A program made the translations under genes and the position numbers. This document shows, one piece after another, positions 11,155 to 22,900 of a stretch of 64,000 bases of DNA (position 1 is its first letter; each line of letters begins with the position of its first letter). Where the stretch lies: the NCBI RefSeq assembly GCF_028641065.1, contig NC_073400.1, positions 19,468,001 through 19,532,000 of the forward strand, read 5' to 3'. The notes under the pieces are model-generated. The model was not told where the DNA came from and did no database searches. It saw only the letters and a program-made list of their open reading frames with translations. This DNA comes from Leucoraja erinacea. Lineage: Eukaryota.

Positions 11155-14149
11155 CTGAGGTTGGGGCGGAGAGAAGGAAGATGCGTAAAGGAGATCCTTG
11201 TGGACCCCACGATACCCAACACCCCCATCTCCAACATCCACGAGTGAACTTTAAACCAATCCCAGTTCATTTCCACCCACCAGTTTAACTCTTCCCTCAC
11301 CCCCTTCAGTTCAGCCAGTTGTTTCTGGAGGAAGTCCACAGGTGTGACGTGCTCCCTTCCCGACCACTGCCCGCAATCATCCACAAACTCTACACCGTGC
11401 CCTGTTTATAGCTCTGTGAATCCAGGGAATCTCTCCAGTTCCATATCTTTTGTCACTCCTGTGAGTGGTCCAGGTGTCCCGTATACACCTGAGTGGGACC
11501 AAGCCCAGATTGGCCCTGAACCATCCTAGACTGGGTATTATGTAATAAGGAAGGATTAGTTAGCAATCTTGGGCAACAGTGACCATAATATGGTAGAATT
11601 CTGCATTAGGACGGAGAGTGACACGGTTAATTCAGAGACAAGGATCCTGAACTGAAAGAAGGATCTCGACCCGAAACGATGCCTACTTCCTTCGCTCCAT
11701 AGATGCTGCCTCACCCGCTGAGTTTCTCCAGCATTTTTGTCTACCTTGAACTTAAAGAAAGGTAACTTTGATGGTGAGACAGAAATTGACAAGGATAGAC
11801 TGGCAAATGATACTTAAAGGGTTAATGGTGGATTTAAAGATCACATGGATGAATTACAACAATTGTTCATCCATATCTGGCGTAAAAATAAAACAGGGAA
11901 GGCGGCTTAACCGTGGCTAACGAGGGAAATTAGGGATAATGTTAAATCCAAGGCAGAGGCATATAAATTGGCCAGAGGTGTGTCCCCTCCCATTGGTACG
12001 GAGCTTTTGAATTTTTCAGCTTGAAATTGTGCAATTTGGTGCATACTGTAGCGGGTCTTTTAATTTACACTTGAATGCAATATATATGCTTTAAATTGGA
12101 TTAGCTATGAATAAGGTTAGACTAAATTACATTCCTAATGACATTCCACAATAGAGCCCAGGCTCTGATCAACAGGTGCAACACATGAATGATCTTAGTG
12201 TATTCATGTATGGAAATCAGATTATATTCAAACACTTGGCCCATGTTGACCAACCTGGGTCTCACTGCACACCTGGTACTACTCCTGACCCTGACTCCAG
12301 TTGCATACCTTCTCTCATTCCTGACCCTGAGTCAAGCCTTACACCTGGCCCCCCTATTCTACCCTGATCATAGCTGCTTGCCTGCTTAGGTTCCCAGTGC
12401 TGAACAACCATTGCAACAGAGTGGTTGGGAATGGAGCCACGCAACTGCTGATTCCCCAGCCCTGGTCCCCAGTGGCATTGCCTAGCACCCCTCACTCTGT
12501 TGGGATCTTCCTCCTTCCTCGTCTCCGTTCTTTAACTCAGGCGCCTCAGTGGGGAGGGATGTCAGGGTGAGCAGGAATTTCTAACCTCCTGCAGACAAGA
12601 GAGGAGTGTGTAGCCAGGACTGCAGCAGTCAGCAGTGTGAAAAAGAGAAATGCCCGACTGTAATGGGATCTGCCCTGTTGGACAGGACATAGAGACCCGG
12701 GCCCCAGTCTCAGAGGCCCTCAGTATATTGACTGGTGGCCCTCAGACACTCTCTCTCAGGGGGATACCTGTACACTGACTGCTGTCTCCCAGTCCCTATC
12801 TGAGATGGATATGTGTACACTAGATAGGGAACTTCTGATGGTTAGTGGAGATGTCTTCATGACAGACAAGATAGGCTGATATCCTGCCACACATTGTAAA
12901 CATCCTTTAATTCTCCGAAAGAAGAATTGAGCAAGTAATGAGAAAAGGGGAAATAGAATGTGAGAAGAAGTTGCCAGAAAACAAACAGTGACAATGATTC
13001 AACAGATGACAACATAGAACAGTACAGCTCAGGAACAGGCCCTTCAGCCCACAATTGTTGTGCTTAACATGATACCAAGTGAAACTGATCTCATCTACTG
13101 GTACATGATCCATATCACTTTAGTCCTTGCATCTCCATGTACTAAATACCTCTTAAGCACCACTATTGTATCAGCCTCCACCACCCTGTGTCCTGCACAT
13201 CTTCAACAAACTTTCCTCCTATTACCCTATAGCTATGCCCTCTAGTGCTGAACATTTCCATCCTGGGGAAAATCCTTGATAGGGGACGATCGGCCATGAT
13301 CACAATGAATGGCAGTGCTGGCTCGAAGGGCCGAATGGCCTCCTCCTGCACCTATTTTCTATGGTTCAAAAAGGTTCTGACTGCCTACCCTTTCTAAGCT
13401 GGCCATAATTTTATACGCCTGTATAAAGTTTCCCCTCAACCTCCGATGTTCTTTTTACTGAAACTAGACTGGTGGGAAGCTTAGAAACGAGCAATTGACA
13501 ACATCACCTACCTCAGGATTGTTCAAAATGCAGCTTCCTCAGCATGTTTCTCCTGCTACTCCTTCCATACAAGTCTTTCCCCAAAGGTCAAACCTAGTTG
13601 GGCCCTAAATCAAGCACCTATCTCCAAAGCATCTCAAAATGCCATATGGCCATAAATAGTGGATTTGCTTCCCATTTATGCTTACAGGCGGTTCACAACT
13701 CATTCTTAGTCACGTGTGTGACCAAATATATGAAAACTTATTTTGGAATACATCTCTTCTAATTCTGAAACCATTACAGGTATATTGTTTTGTACCGTAT
13801 ATAGGATTCATATTTTTTTCGAAGTTTATCAAGGGAAATTTTTGTTATGCTGACAATGTTTGGTTAGGGTCTGAGGTCAAATATGACTGGTCACATATGT
13901 GACCTCACGCAGGAGCATTTTTTTCATAACTCAGTTTTATCTTACAAACTGTGAATTTTAAAAAGCTAGAATGTTCATATCTTTAACAGACATGCATTAT
14001 TGTTCTGTAGGTAGGGAAATAGTAATGAATGCGATTCATCTCTTCCAAGAATTATTTAATGTATTACTTTATGATGCCATTTGGTCACGTGTGTGACCTT
14101 TTGGTCCACTTGCCAAAGAATGGCCCAATACCCTGTGTCATCTCAGAGT

Positions 14150-14855
14150 ATAATTGAATTGAATTGAATTGCATTGAATTGAATACATTTTATTCGCCAA
14201 TTATGTATACATACAAGGAATTTGCCTTGGTACTTTGCTCGCAAATAACGACACGATGTACAGTAGACAATTAAAAATAAAACATAATTTAAACATGTGA
14301 AGAATGAAATAAAATACCAGAGGACAAGGAGGCTACAGACTTTTTGGCTGTTGAGTAGAGCGACTGCTCGTGGAAAAAAAAGCTGTTTTTATGTCTGGCT
14401 GTGGCGGCTTTGACAGTCCGGAGTCGCCTTCCAGAGGGAAGTGCTTCAAAGAGTTTTGTGGCCAGGGTGAGAGGGGTCAGGGATGATCAACCTTCTTGGC
14501 TGATCGAACAATGCGTTGCAGCCTCTGGATGTCGTGCTTGGTGGCCGAGCCAAACCAGACCATGATGGAGCAGGTGAGGACAGACTCTATGATGGCCGTA
14601 TAAAACCGGACCATCATTGCCTGTTGCAGATTGTGTTTTCTCAGAAGCCGCAGGAAGTACATCCTCTGTTGGACCTTTTTGATGGTGGCCTCTCATTTAA
14701 GGTTCCTGGAGATGATTATTTCAAGGAACTTAAATGACTTCACAGATGTGACTGTGGTGTTGCTGATGGTGAGTGGGGGGAGGGGAGGGGGAGCGCTCCT
14801 AAAGTCTACAATCAATTCCACTGTCTTAAGAACATCAAGCTCCAGGTTGTTGCAA
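14150..14855 (-). mobile_element. Rex1/Babar-like LINE 3' fragment (also ~19990-20690 and ~27050-27955, continuing at ~28610-28930)
   Basis: RT C-terminal translation (LDVLKTVELIVDFR, YFLRLLRK...FYTAIIESVLT.SI.VWFG, LPSGRR); (CAATT)n tail. Confidence 0.7.
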
Positions 14856-16703
14856 TAAACAACAGGAATGCAGTAGTAGGCCATTCAGCCTTTCGAGCCA
14901 GCTCCGCAAACCTATCGAGGGTGGAAGAGGTCGCACTTAACCGAACAGAATGGTGAAAGCTTGCTGCCCAATGCACTCAACGGAGTGGGAGGAACTACGT
15001 CTAAGTCTAAGTTGTGGCTGTAGGGAAGAAGCTGTTCCTGAACCTGGACGTTACTGTTTTCAGGCTCCTGTACCTTCTTCCCAATGGCAGGGGTGAAATG
15101 AATGTGTGACCAGGGTGGTGTCAGTCTCTGATGATGCTGGCTACATTTTCGAGGCAGTTCTTATGTGAATCCCTTTGATGATGGGGAGGTCAGAACCCGT
15201 CATGGACTGGGCAGCGTGCACAACTTTTTACAGTATTCTTCGCTCCTGGGCATTCAAGTTGCCGAACAAGGCTGAGATGCAACGTCAATATAGTCTATCT
15301 ACTGTACACCTGTAGACGTTCATCATCATTTCATCATTAGAAAGGTGGACGTGATGGCTTAGCAGGCTGAGAGGTGGATAAATCCCCAGGGCCTGATGAG
15401 GTATATCCTATTTGTTGAAGGCAAGGGAGGAAATTGCTGGATCTCGACAAATAATTTCAAATCTTTTACCGGCCACAGGTGAGGCATGAGACAAACGACT
15501 ACAGGACAATGAATATTAAACCTTCATTCAAAGGGACAGCAGGAATAACTCTGGAAATTATCGGTCAGTGAGTCTATAATATCAATGGAAGGGTAGTCGC
15601 TAAAACAATTCCTATGGACAGGGTTAGGTTTGATTGAGTTTTTTGAAGAAATAAGAAAAGGTGTTGATATGGACAGTGTGATTGATGTATAGGCAGGAAC
15701 TGCAGATGCTGGTTTAAACCGAGGATACACACAAAATGCTGGAGTAACTCAGCGGGACAGGCAGCATCTCTGGAGAGAAGGAATGGATGGCGTTACGGGT
15801 CTGAAGTAGGGCCTCGATCAGAAACGTCAACCATTCCATCGCTCCAGTGTGATTGATGGCATGTAGACAGACGTCGGCAAGGCCTTTGACAAGGTTCCAT
15901 GTGGGATACTGCTGGTCAGCAAGGTAACAGCCCACAGGATCAAAAGCAAGTTTAATCCCACAAGTGTGTGATGCACTTTGGGCGGACTAACAAGGGTAGG
16001 ACATACAGGGGGAGTAATGAGGAACAGAGGACCTTGGTATATTTCCAAAGTTGCCTGGAGGTGGCAGTACAGGGTTAAGAAAGGAGACTTGGGTGCTTAA
16101 GAGTAAAGGAGCAGGGAGGTTATGGTGCAACTTATACCACATTATTCAGGTCACATTTGGAATATCATGTACACTTCTGGTCTCCACATTTACAGGAAGG
16201 ACGGGATTGCACCATGAAGTGAATACAGCAGAGACTCCCCTGGATGTTGCCTGGCATAGAACTGATGAAGAAAGAGAGGGATTGGGGCTGAGGGGGAGGA
16301 GATATAAAATATAGGAATTATGAGGGGAATAGAGAGGGCATGTAAAGTCCACAGCTGAAGAGTCTGTAGCCAGAAAGCATAGGTTCAGGGTAAGGGGAAG
16401 GAGAATTTTTTGTTTCACCAGGATGGTTGCAACCTGGAACACACTGAGTGAGAGGGTGGTGGAGGAGGACATTCTAAATGCACGTGAATGGCCCAGGGAT
16501 GTATGGTTATGTACAGTGCAGGGTCAGCAAAGTGGAATGAGAAGTAATGGCTACTTGATAATCAGCATGGACACAGGAGGCAAAGATCCCATCCTGGGAT
16601 ACGGGTTACACATAGAGCATAGTTTCCTATGCACTGTTTCATCACATGATCCTCGGACACCCGGGGAACCACCTCCCTCCCTAAACCTGATCCTCACTCT
16701 GAC

Positions 16704-16991
16704 CAAATGTGGTCTGTTTACAGACGCCCCTCAGCCAGATCTCTGCCATGCCCTCACTGACCAGATTCCTGACCTCACACCTGTACACAACGCCACCGAC
16801 CTCTGCTGTGTGATCAACCTCTACTGTCTCTCCTTGTCCCCGGGGGTGATGGGTGCTGTCGTTTCCCAGAGGTTCTCGTCCCCTCCAGTAGCTGAAGCTG
16901 GTGGGGTCACCGGAGGTCACGGAGGAGGTCAAGGCAAAGTTACAGATCTCAGTGATGTTCTGAGCCTTAATCTGTGTAACTGCCACGGGCT
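16704..16991 (-). pseudogene. CD2/SLAM-family IgC2 exon, copy 2
   Basis: Same 288-nt phase 1-1 exon with a few substitutions (SFSYWRG, LGNDST, GQGE). Confidence 0.7.
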
Positions 16992-19900
16992 CTGAGGTTG
17001 GGGCGGAGAGAAGGAAGATGCGTAAAGGAGATCCTTGTGGACCCCACGATACCCAACACCCCCATCTCCAACATCCATGAGTGAACTTTAAACCAATCCC
17101 AGTTCATTTCCACCCACCAGTTTAACTCTTCCCTCACCCCCTTCAGTTCAGCCAGTTGTTGCTGGAGGAAGTCCACACGTGTGACGTGCTCCCTTCCCGA
17201 CCACTGCCCGCACTCATCCACAAACTCTACACCGTGCCCTGTTTATAGCTCTGTGAATCCAGGGAATCTCTCCAGTTCCATATCTTTTGTCACTCCTGTG
17301 AGTGGTCCAGGTGTCCCGTATACACCTGAGTGTGACCAAGCCCAGATTGGCCCTGAACCATCCTAGACTGGGTATTATGTAATAAGGAAGGATTAGTTAG
17401 CAATCTTGGGCAACAGTGACCATAATATGGTAGAATTCTGCATTAGGATGGAGAGTGACACGGTTAATTCAGAGACAAGGATCCTGAACTGAAAGAAGGA
17501 TCTCGACCCAAAACGTTGCCTATTTCCTTCGCTCCGTAGATGCTGCCTCACCCGCTGAGTTTCTCCAGCATTTTTGTCTACCTTGAACTTAAAGAAAGGT
17601 AACTTTGATGGTGAGACAGGAATTGACTAGGATAGACTGGCAAATGATACTTAAAGGATTAATGGTGGATTTAAAGATCACATGGATGAATTACAACAAT
17701 TGTTCATCCATATCTGGCGTAAAAATAAAACAGGGAAGGCGGCTTAGCTGTGGCTAACGAGGGAAATTAGGGATAATGTTAAATCCAAGGCAGAGGCATA
17801 TAAATTGGCCAGAGGTGTGTCCCCTCCCATTGGTACGGAGCTTTTGAATTTTTCAGCTTGAAATTGTGCAATTTGGGGCATACTGTAGCGAGTCTTTTAA
17901 CTTACACTTGAATGCAATATATATGCTTTAAATTGGATTAGCTATGAATAAGGTTAGACTAAATTACATTCCTAATGGCATTCCACAATAGAGCCCAGGC
18001 TCTGATCTACAGGTGCAACACATGAATGATCTTAGTATATTCATGTATGGAAATCAGATTATATTCAAACACTTGGCCCATGTTGACCAACCTGGGTCTC
18101 ACTGCACACCTGGTACTACTCCTGACCCTGACTCCAGTTGCATACCTTCTCTCATTCCTGACCCTGAGTCAAGCCTTACACCTGGCCCCCCTATTCTACC
18201 CTGATCATAGCTGCTTGCCTGCTTAGGTTCCCAGTGCTGAACAACCATTGCAACAGAGTGGTTGGGAATGGAGCCACGCAACTGCTGATTCCCCAGCCCT
18301 GGTCCCCAGTAGCATTGCCTAGCACCCCTCACTCTGTTGGCATCTTCCTCCTTCCACGTCTCCGTTCTTTAACTCAGGCGCCTCAGTGGGGAGGGATGTC
18401 AGGGTGAGCAGGAATTTCTAACCTCCTGCAGACAAGAGAGGAGTGTGTAGCCAGGACTGCAGCAGTCAGCAGTGTGAAAAAGAGAAATGCCCGACTGTAA
18501 TGGGATCTGCCCTGTTGGACAGGACATAGAGACCCGGGCCCCACTCTCAGAGGCCCTCAGTATATTGACTGGTGGCCCTCAGACACTCTCTCTCAGGGGG
18601 ATACCTGTACACTGACTGCTGTCTCCCAGTCCCTATCTGAGATGGATATGTGTACACTAGATAGGGAACTTCTGATGGTTAGTGGAGATGTCTTCATGAC
18701 AGACAAGACAGGCTGATATCCTGCCACACATTGTAAACATCCTTTAATTCTCCGAAAGAAGAATTGAGCAAGTAATGAGAAAAGGGGAAATAGAATGTGA
18801 GAAGAAGTTGCCAGAAAACAAACACTGACAATGATTCAACAGATGTGAACATAGAACAGTACAGCTCAGGAACAGGCCCTTCAGCCCACAATTGTTGTGC
18901 TTAACATGATACCAAGTGAAACTGATCTCGTCTACTGGTACACGACCCATATCACTTTAGTCCTTGCATCTCCATGTACTAAAAACCTCTTAAGCACCAC
19001 TATTGTATCAGCGTCCCCCACCCTGTGTCCTGCACATCTTCAACAAACTTTCCCCCTATTACCCTATAGCTATGCCCTCTAGTGCTGAACATTTCCATCC
19101 TGGGGAAAATCCTTGATAGGGGACGATCAGCCATGATCACAATGAATGGCAGTGCTGGCTCGAAGGGCCGAATGGCCTCCTCCTGCACCTATTTTCTATG
19201 GTTCAAAAAGGTTCTGACTGCCTACCCTTTCTAAGCTGGCCATAATTTTATACGCCTCTATAAAGTTTCCCCTCAACCTCCGATGTTCTTTTTACTGAAA
19301 CTAGACTGGGGGGAAGCTTAGAAACGAGCAATTGACAACATCACCTACCTCAGGATTGTTCACAATGCAGCTTCCTCAGCATGTTTCTCCTGCTACTCCC
19401 TCCATACAAGTCTTTCCCCAAAGGTCAAACCTAGCTGGGCCCTAAATCAAGCACCTATCTCCAAAGCATCTCAAAATGCCATATGGCCATAAATAGTGGA
19501 TTTATTTCCCATTTTTGCTTACAGGCGGTTCACAACTCATTCTTAGTCACGTGTGTGACCAAATATATGAAAACGTATTTTGGAATACATCTCTTCTAAT
19601 TCTGAAACCATTACAGGTATATTGTTTTGTACCGTATATAGGATTCATATTTTTTTCGAAGTTTATCAAGGGAAATTTTTGTTATGCTGACAATGTTTGG
19701 TTAGGGTCTGAGGTCAAATATGACTGGTCACATATGTGACCTCACGCAGGAGCATTTTTTTCATAACTCAGTTTTATCTTACAAACTGAATTTAAAAAAG
19801 CTAGAATGTTCATATCTTTAACAGACATGCATTATTGTTCTGTAGGTAGGGAAATAGTAATGAATGAGATTCATCTCTTCCAAGAATTATTTAATGTATT

Positions 19901-22900
19901 ACTTTATGATGCCATCTGGTCACGTGTGTGACCTTTTGGTCCACTTGCCAAAGAATGGCCCAATACCCTGTGTCATCTCAGAGTATAATTGAATTGAATT
20001 GAATTGCATTGAATTGAATACATTTTATTAGCCAATTATGTATACATACAAGGAATTTGCCTTGGTACTTTGCTCACAAATAACGACACGATGTACAGTA
20101 GACAATTAAAAATAAAACATTATAATTTAAACATGTGAAGAATGAAATAAAATACCAGAGGACAAGGAGGCTACAGACTTTTTGGCTGTTGAGTAGAGCG
20201 ACTGCTCGTGGGAAAAAAAGCTGTTTTTATGTCTGGCTGTGGCGGCTTTGACAGTCCGAAGTCGCCTTCCAGAGGGAAGTGCTTCAAAGAGTTTGTGGCC
20301 AGGGTGAGAGGGGTCAGGGATGATCAACCTTCTTGGCTGATCGAACAATGCGTTGCAGCCTCTGGATGTCGTGCTTGGTGGCCGAGCCAAACCAGACCAT
20401 GATGGAGCAGGTGAGGACAGACTCTATGATGGCCGTATAAAACTGGACCATCATTGCCTGTTGCAGATTGTGTTTTCTCAGAAGCCGCAGGAAGTACATC
20501 CTCTGTTGGACCTTTTTGATGGTGGCCTCTCATTTAAGGTTCCTGGAGATGATTATTTCAAGGAACTTAAATGACTTCACAGATGTGACTGTGGTGTTGT
20601 TGATGGTGAGTGGGGGGAGGGGAGGGGAGCGCTCCTAAACTCTACAATCAAGTCCACTGTCTAAAGAACATTGAGCTCCAGGTTGTTGCAATAAACAACA
20701 GGAATGCAGTAGTAGGCCATTCAGCCTTTCGAGCCAGCTCCGCAAACCTATCGAGGGTGGAAGAGGTCGCACTTAACCGAACAGAATGGTGAAAGCTTGC
20801 TGCCCAATGCACTCAACGGAGTGGGAGGAACTACGTCTAAGTCTAAGTTGGGGCTGTAGGGAAGAAGCTGTTCCTGAACCTGGACATTACTGTTTTCAGG
20901 CTCCTGTACCCTCTTCCCAATGGCAGGGGTGAAATGAATGTGTGTGACCAGGGTGGTGTCAGTCTCTGATGATGCTGGCTACATTTTCGAGGCAGTTCTT
21001 ATGTGAATCCCTTTGATGATGGGGAGGTCAGAACCCGTCATGGACTGGGCAGCGTGCACAACTTTTTACAGTATCCTTCGCTCCTGGGCATTCAAGTTGC
21101 CGAACAAGGCTGAGATGCAACGTCAATATAGTCTATCTATTGTACACCTGTAGAAGTTCATCATCATTTCATCATTAGAAAGGTGGACGTGATGGCTTAG
21201 CAGGCTGAGAGGTGGATAAATCCCCAGGGCCTGATGAGGTATATCCTATTTGTGGAAGGCAAGGGAGGAAATTGCTGGATCTCGACAAATAATTTCAAAT
21301 CTTTTACCGGCCACAGGTGAGGCATGAGACAAACGACTACAGGACAATGAATATTAAACCTTCATTCAAAGGGACAGCAGGAATAAGTCTGGAAATTATC
21401 GGTCAGTGAGTCTATAATATCACTGGAAGGGTAGTCGCTAAAACAATTCCTATGGACAGGGTTAGGTTTGATTGAGTTTTTTGAAGAAATAAGAAAAGGT
21501 GTTGATATGGACAGTGTGATTGATGTATAGGCAGGAACTGCAGTTGCTGGTTTAAACCGAGGATACACACAAAATGCTGGAGTAACTCAGCGGGACAGGC
21601 AGCATCTCTGGAGAGAAGGAATGGATGCGATACGGGTCTGAAGTAGGGCCTCGATCAGAAACGTCAACCATTCCATCGCTCCAGTGTGATTGATGTCGTG
21701 TAGACAGACGTCAGCAAGGCCTTTGACAAGGTCCCACGTGGGACACTGCTGGTCAGCAAGGTAACAGCCCACAGGATCCAAAGCAAGTTTAATCCCACAA
21801 GTGTGTGATGCACTTTGGGCGGACTAACAAGGGTAGGACATACAGGGGGAGTAATGAGGAACAGAGGACCTTGGTATATTTCCAAAGCTGCCTGGAGGTG
21901 GCAGTACAGGGTTAAGAAAGGAGACTTGGGTGCTTAAGAGTAAAGGAGCAGGGAGGTTATGGTACAACTTATACCACATTATTCAGGTCACATTTGAAAT
22001 ATCATGTACACTTCTGGTCTCCACATTTACAGGAAGGACGGGATTGCACCATGAAGTGAATACAGCAGAGACTCCCCTGGATGTTGCCTGGCATAGAACT
22101 GATGAAGAAAGAGAGGGTTTGGGGCTGAGGGGGAGGAGATATAAAACATAGGAATTATGAGGGGAATAGAGAGGGCATGTAAAGTCCACAGCTGAAGAGT
22201 CTGTAGCCAGAAAGCATTGGTTCAGGGTAAGGGGAAGGAGAATTTTTTGTTTCACCAGGATGGTTGCAACGTGGAACACACTGAGTGAGAGGGTGGTGGA
22301 GGAGGACATTCTAAATGCACGTGAATGGCCCAGGGATGTATGGTTATGTACAGTGCAGGGTCAGCAAAGTGGAATGAGTAGTAATGGCTACTTGATAATC
22401 AGCATGGACACAGGAGGCAAAGATCCCATCCTGGGATACGGGTTACACATAGAGCATAGTTTCCTAGTTTGGGGCGGAGAGAAGGAAGATGCGTAAAGGA
22501 GATCCTTGTGGACCCCACGATACCCAACATCCCCATCCCCAACATCCACGAGTGAACTTTAAACCAATCCCAGTTCATTTCCACCCACCAGTTTAACTCT
22601 TCCCTCACCCCCTTCAGTTCAGCCAGTTGTTGCTGGAGGAAGTCCACACGTGTGGCGTGCTCCCTTCCCGACCGCTGCCCGCACTCATCCACAAACTCTA
22701 CACCGTGCCCTGTTTATAGCTCTGTGAATCCAGGGAATCTCTCCAGTTCCATATCTTTTGTCACTCCTGTGAGTGGTCCCGTATACACCTGAGTGTGACC
22801 AAGCCCAGATTGGCCCTGAACCATCCTAGACTGGGTATTATGTAATAAGGAAGGATTAGTTAGCAATCTTGGGCAACAGTGACCATAATATGGTAGAATT

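Noticed and set aside
11380-11530. HSGVY...DMELE text as the end of a SLAM IgV exon
   Set aside because: No donor at the expected position and no other IgV motifs; the resemblance is too weak.
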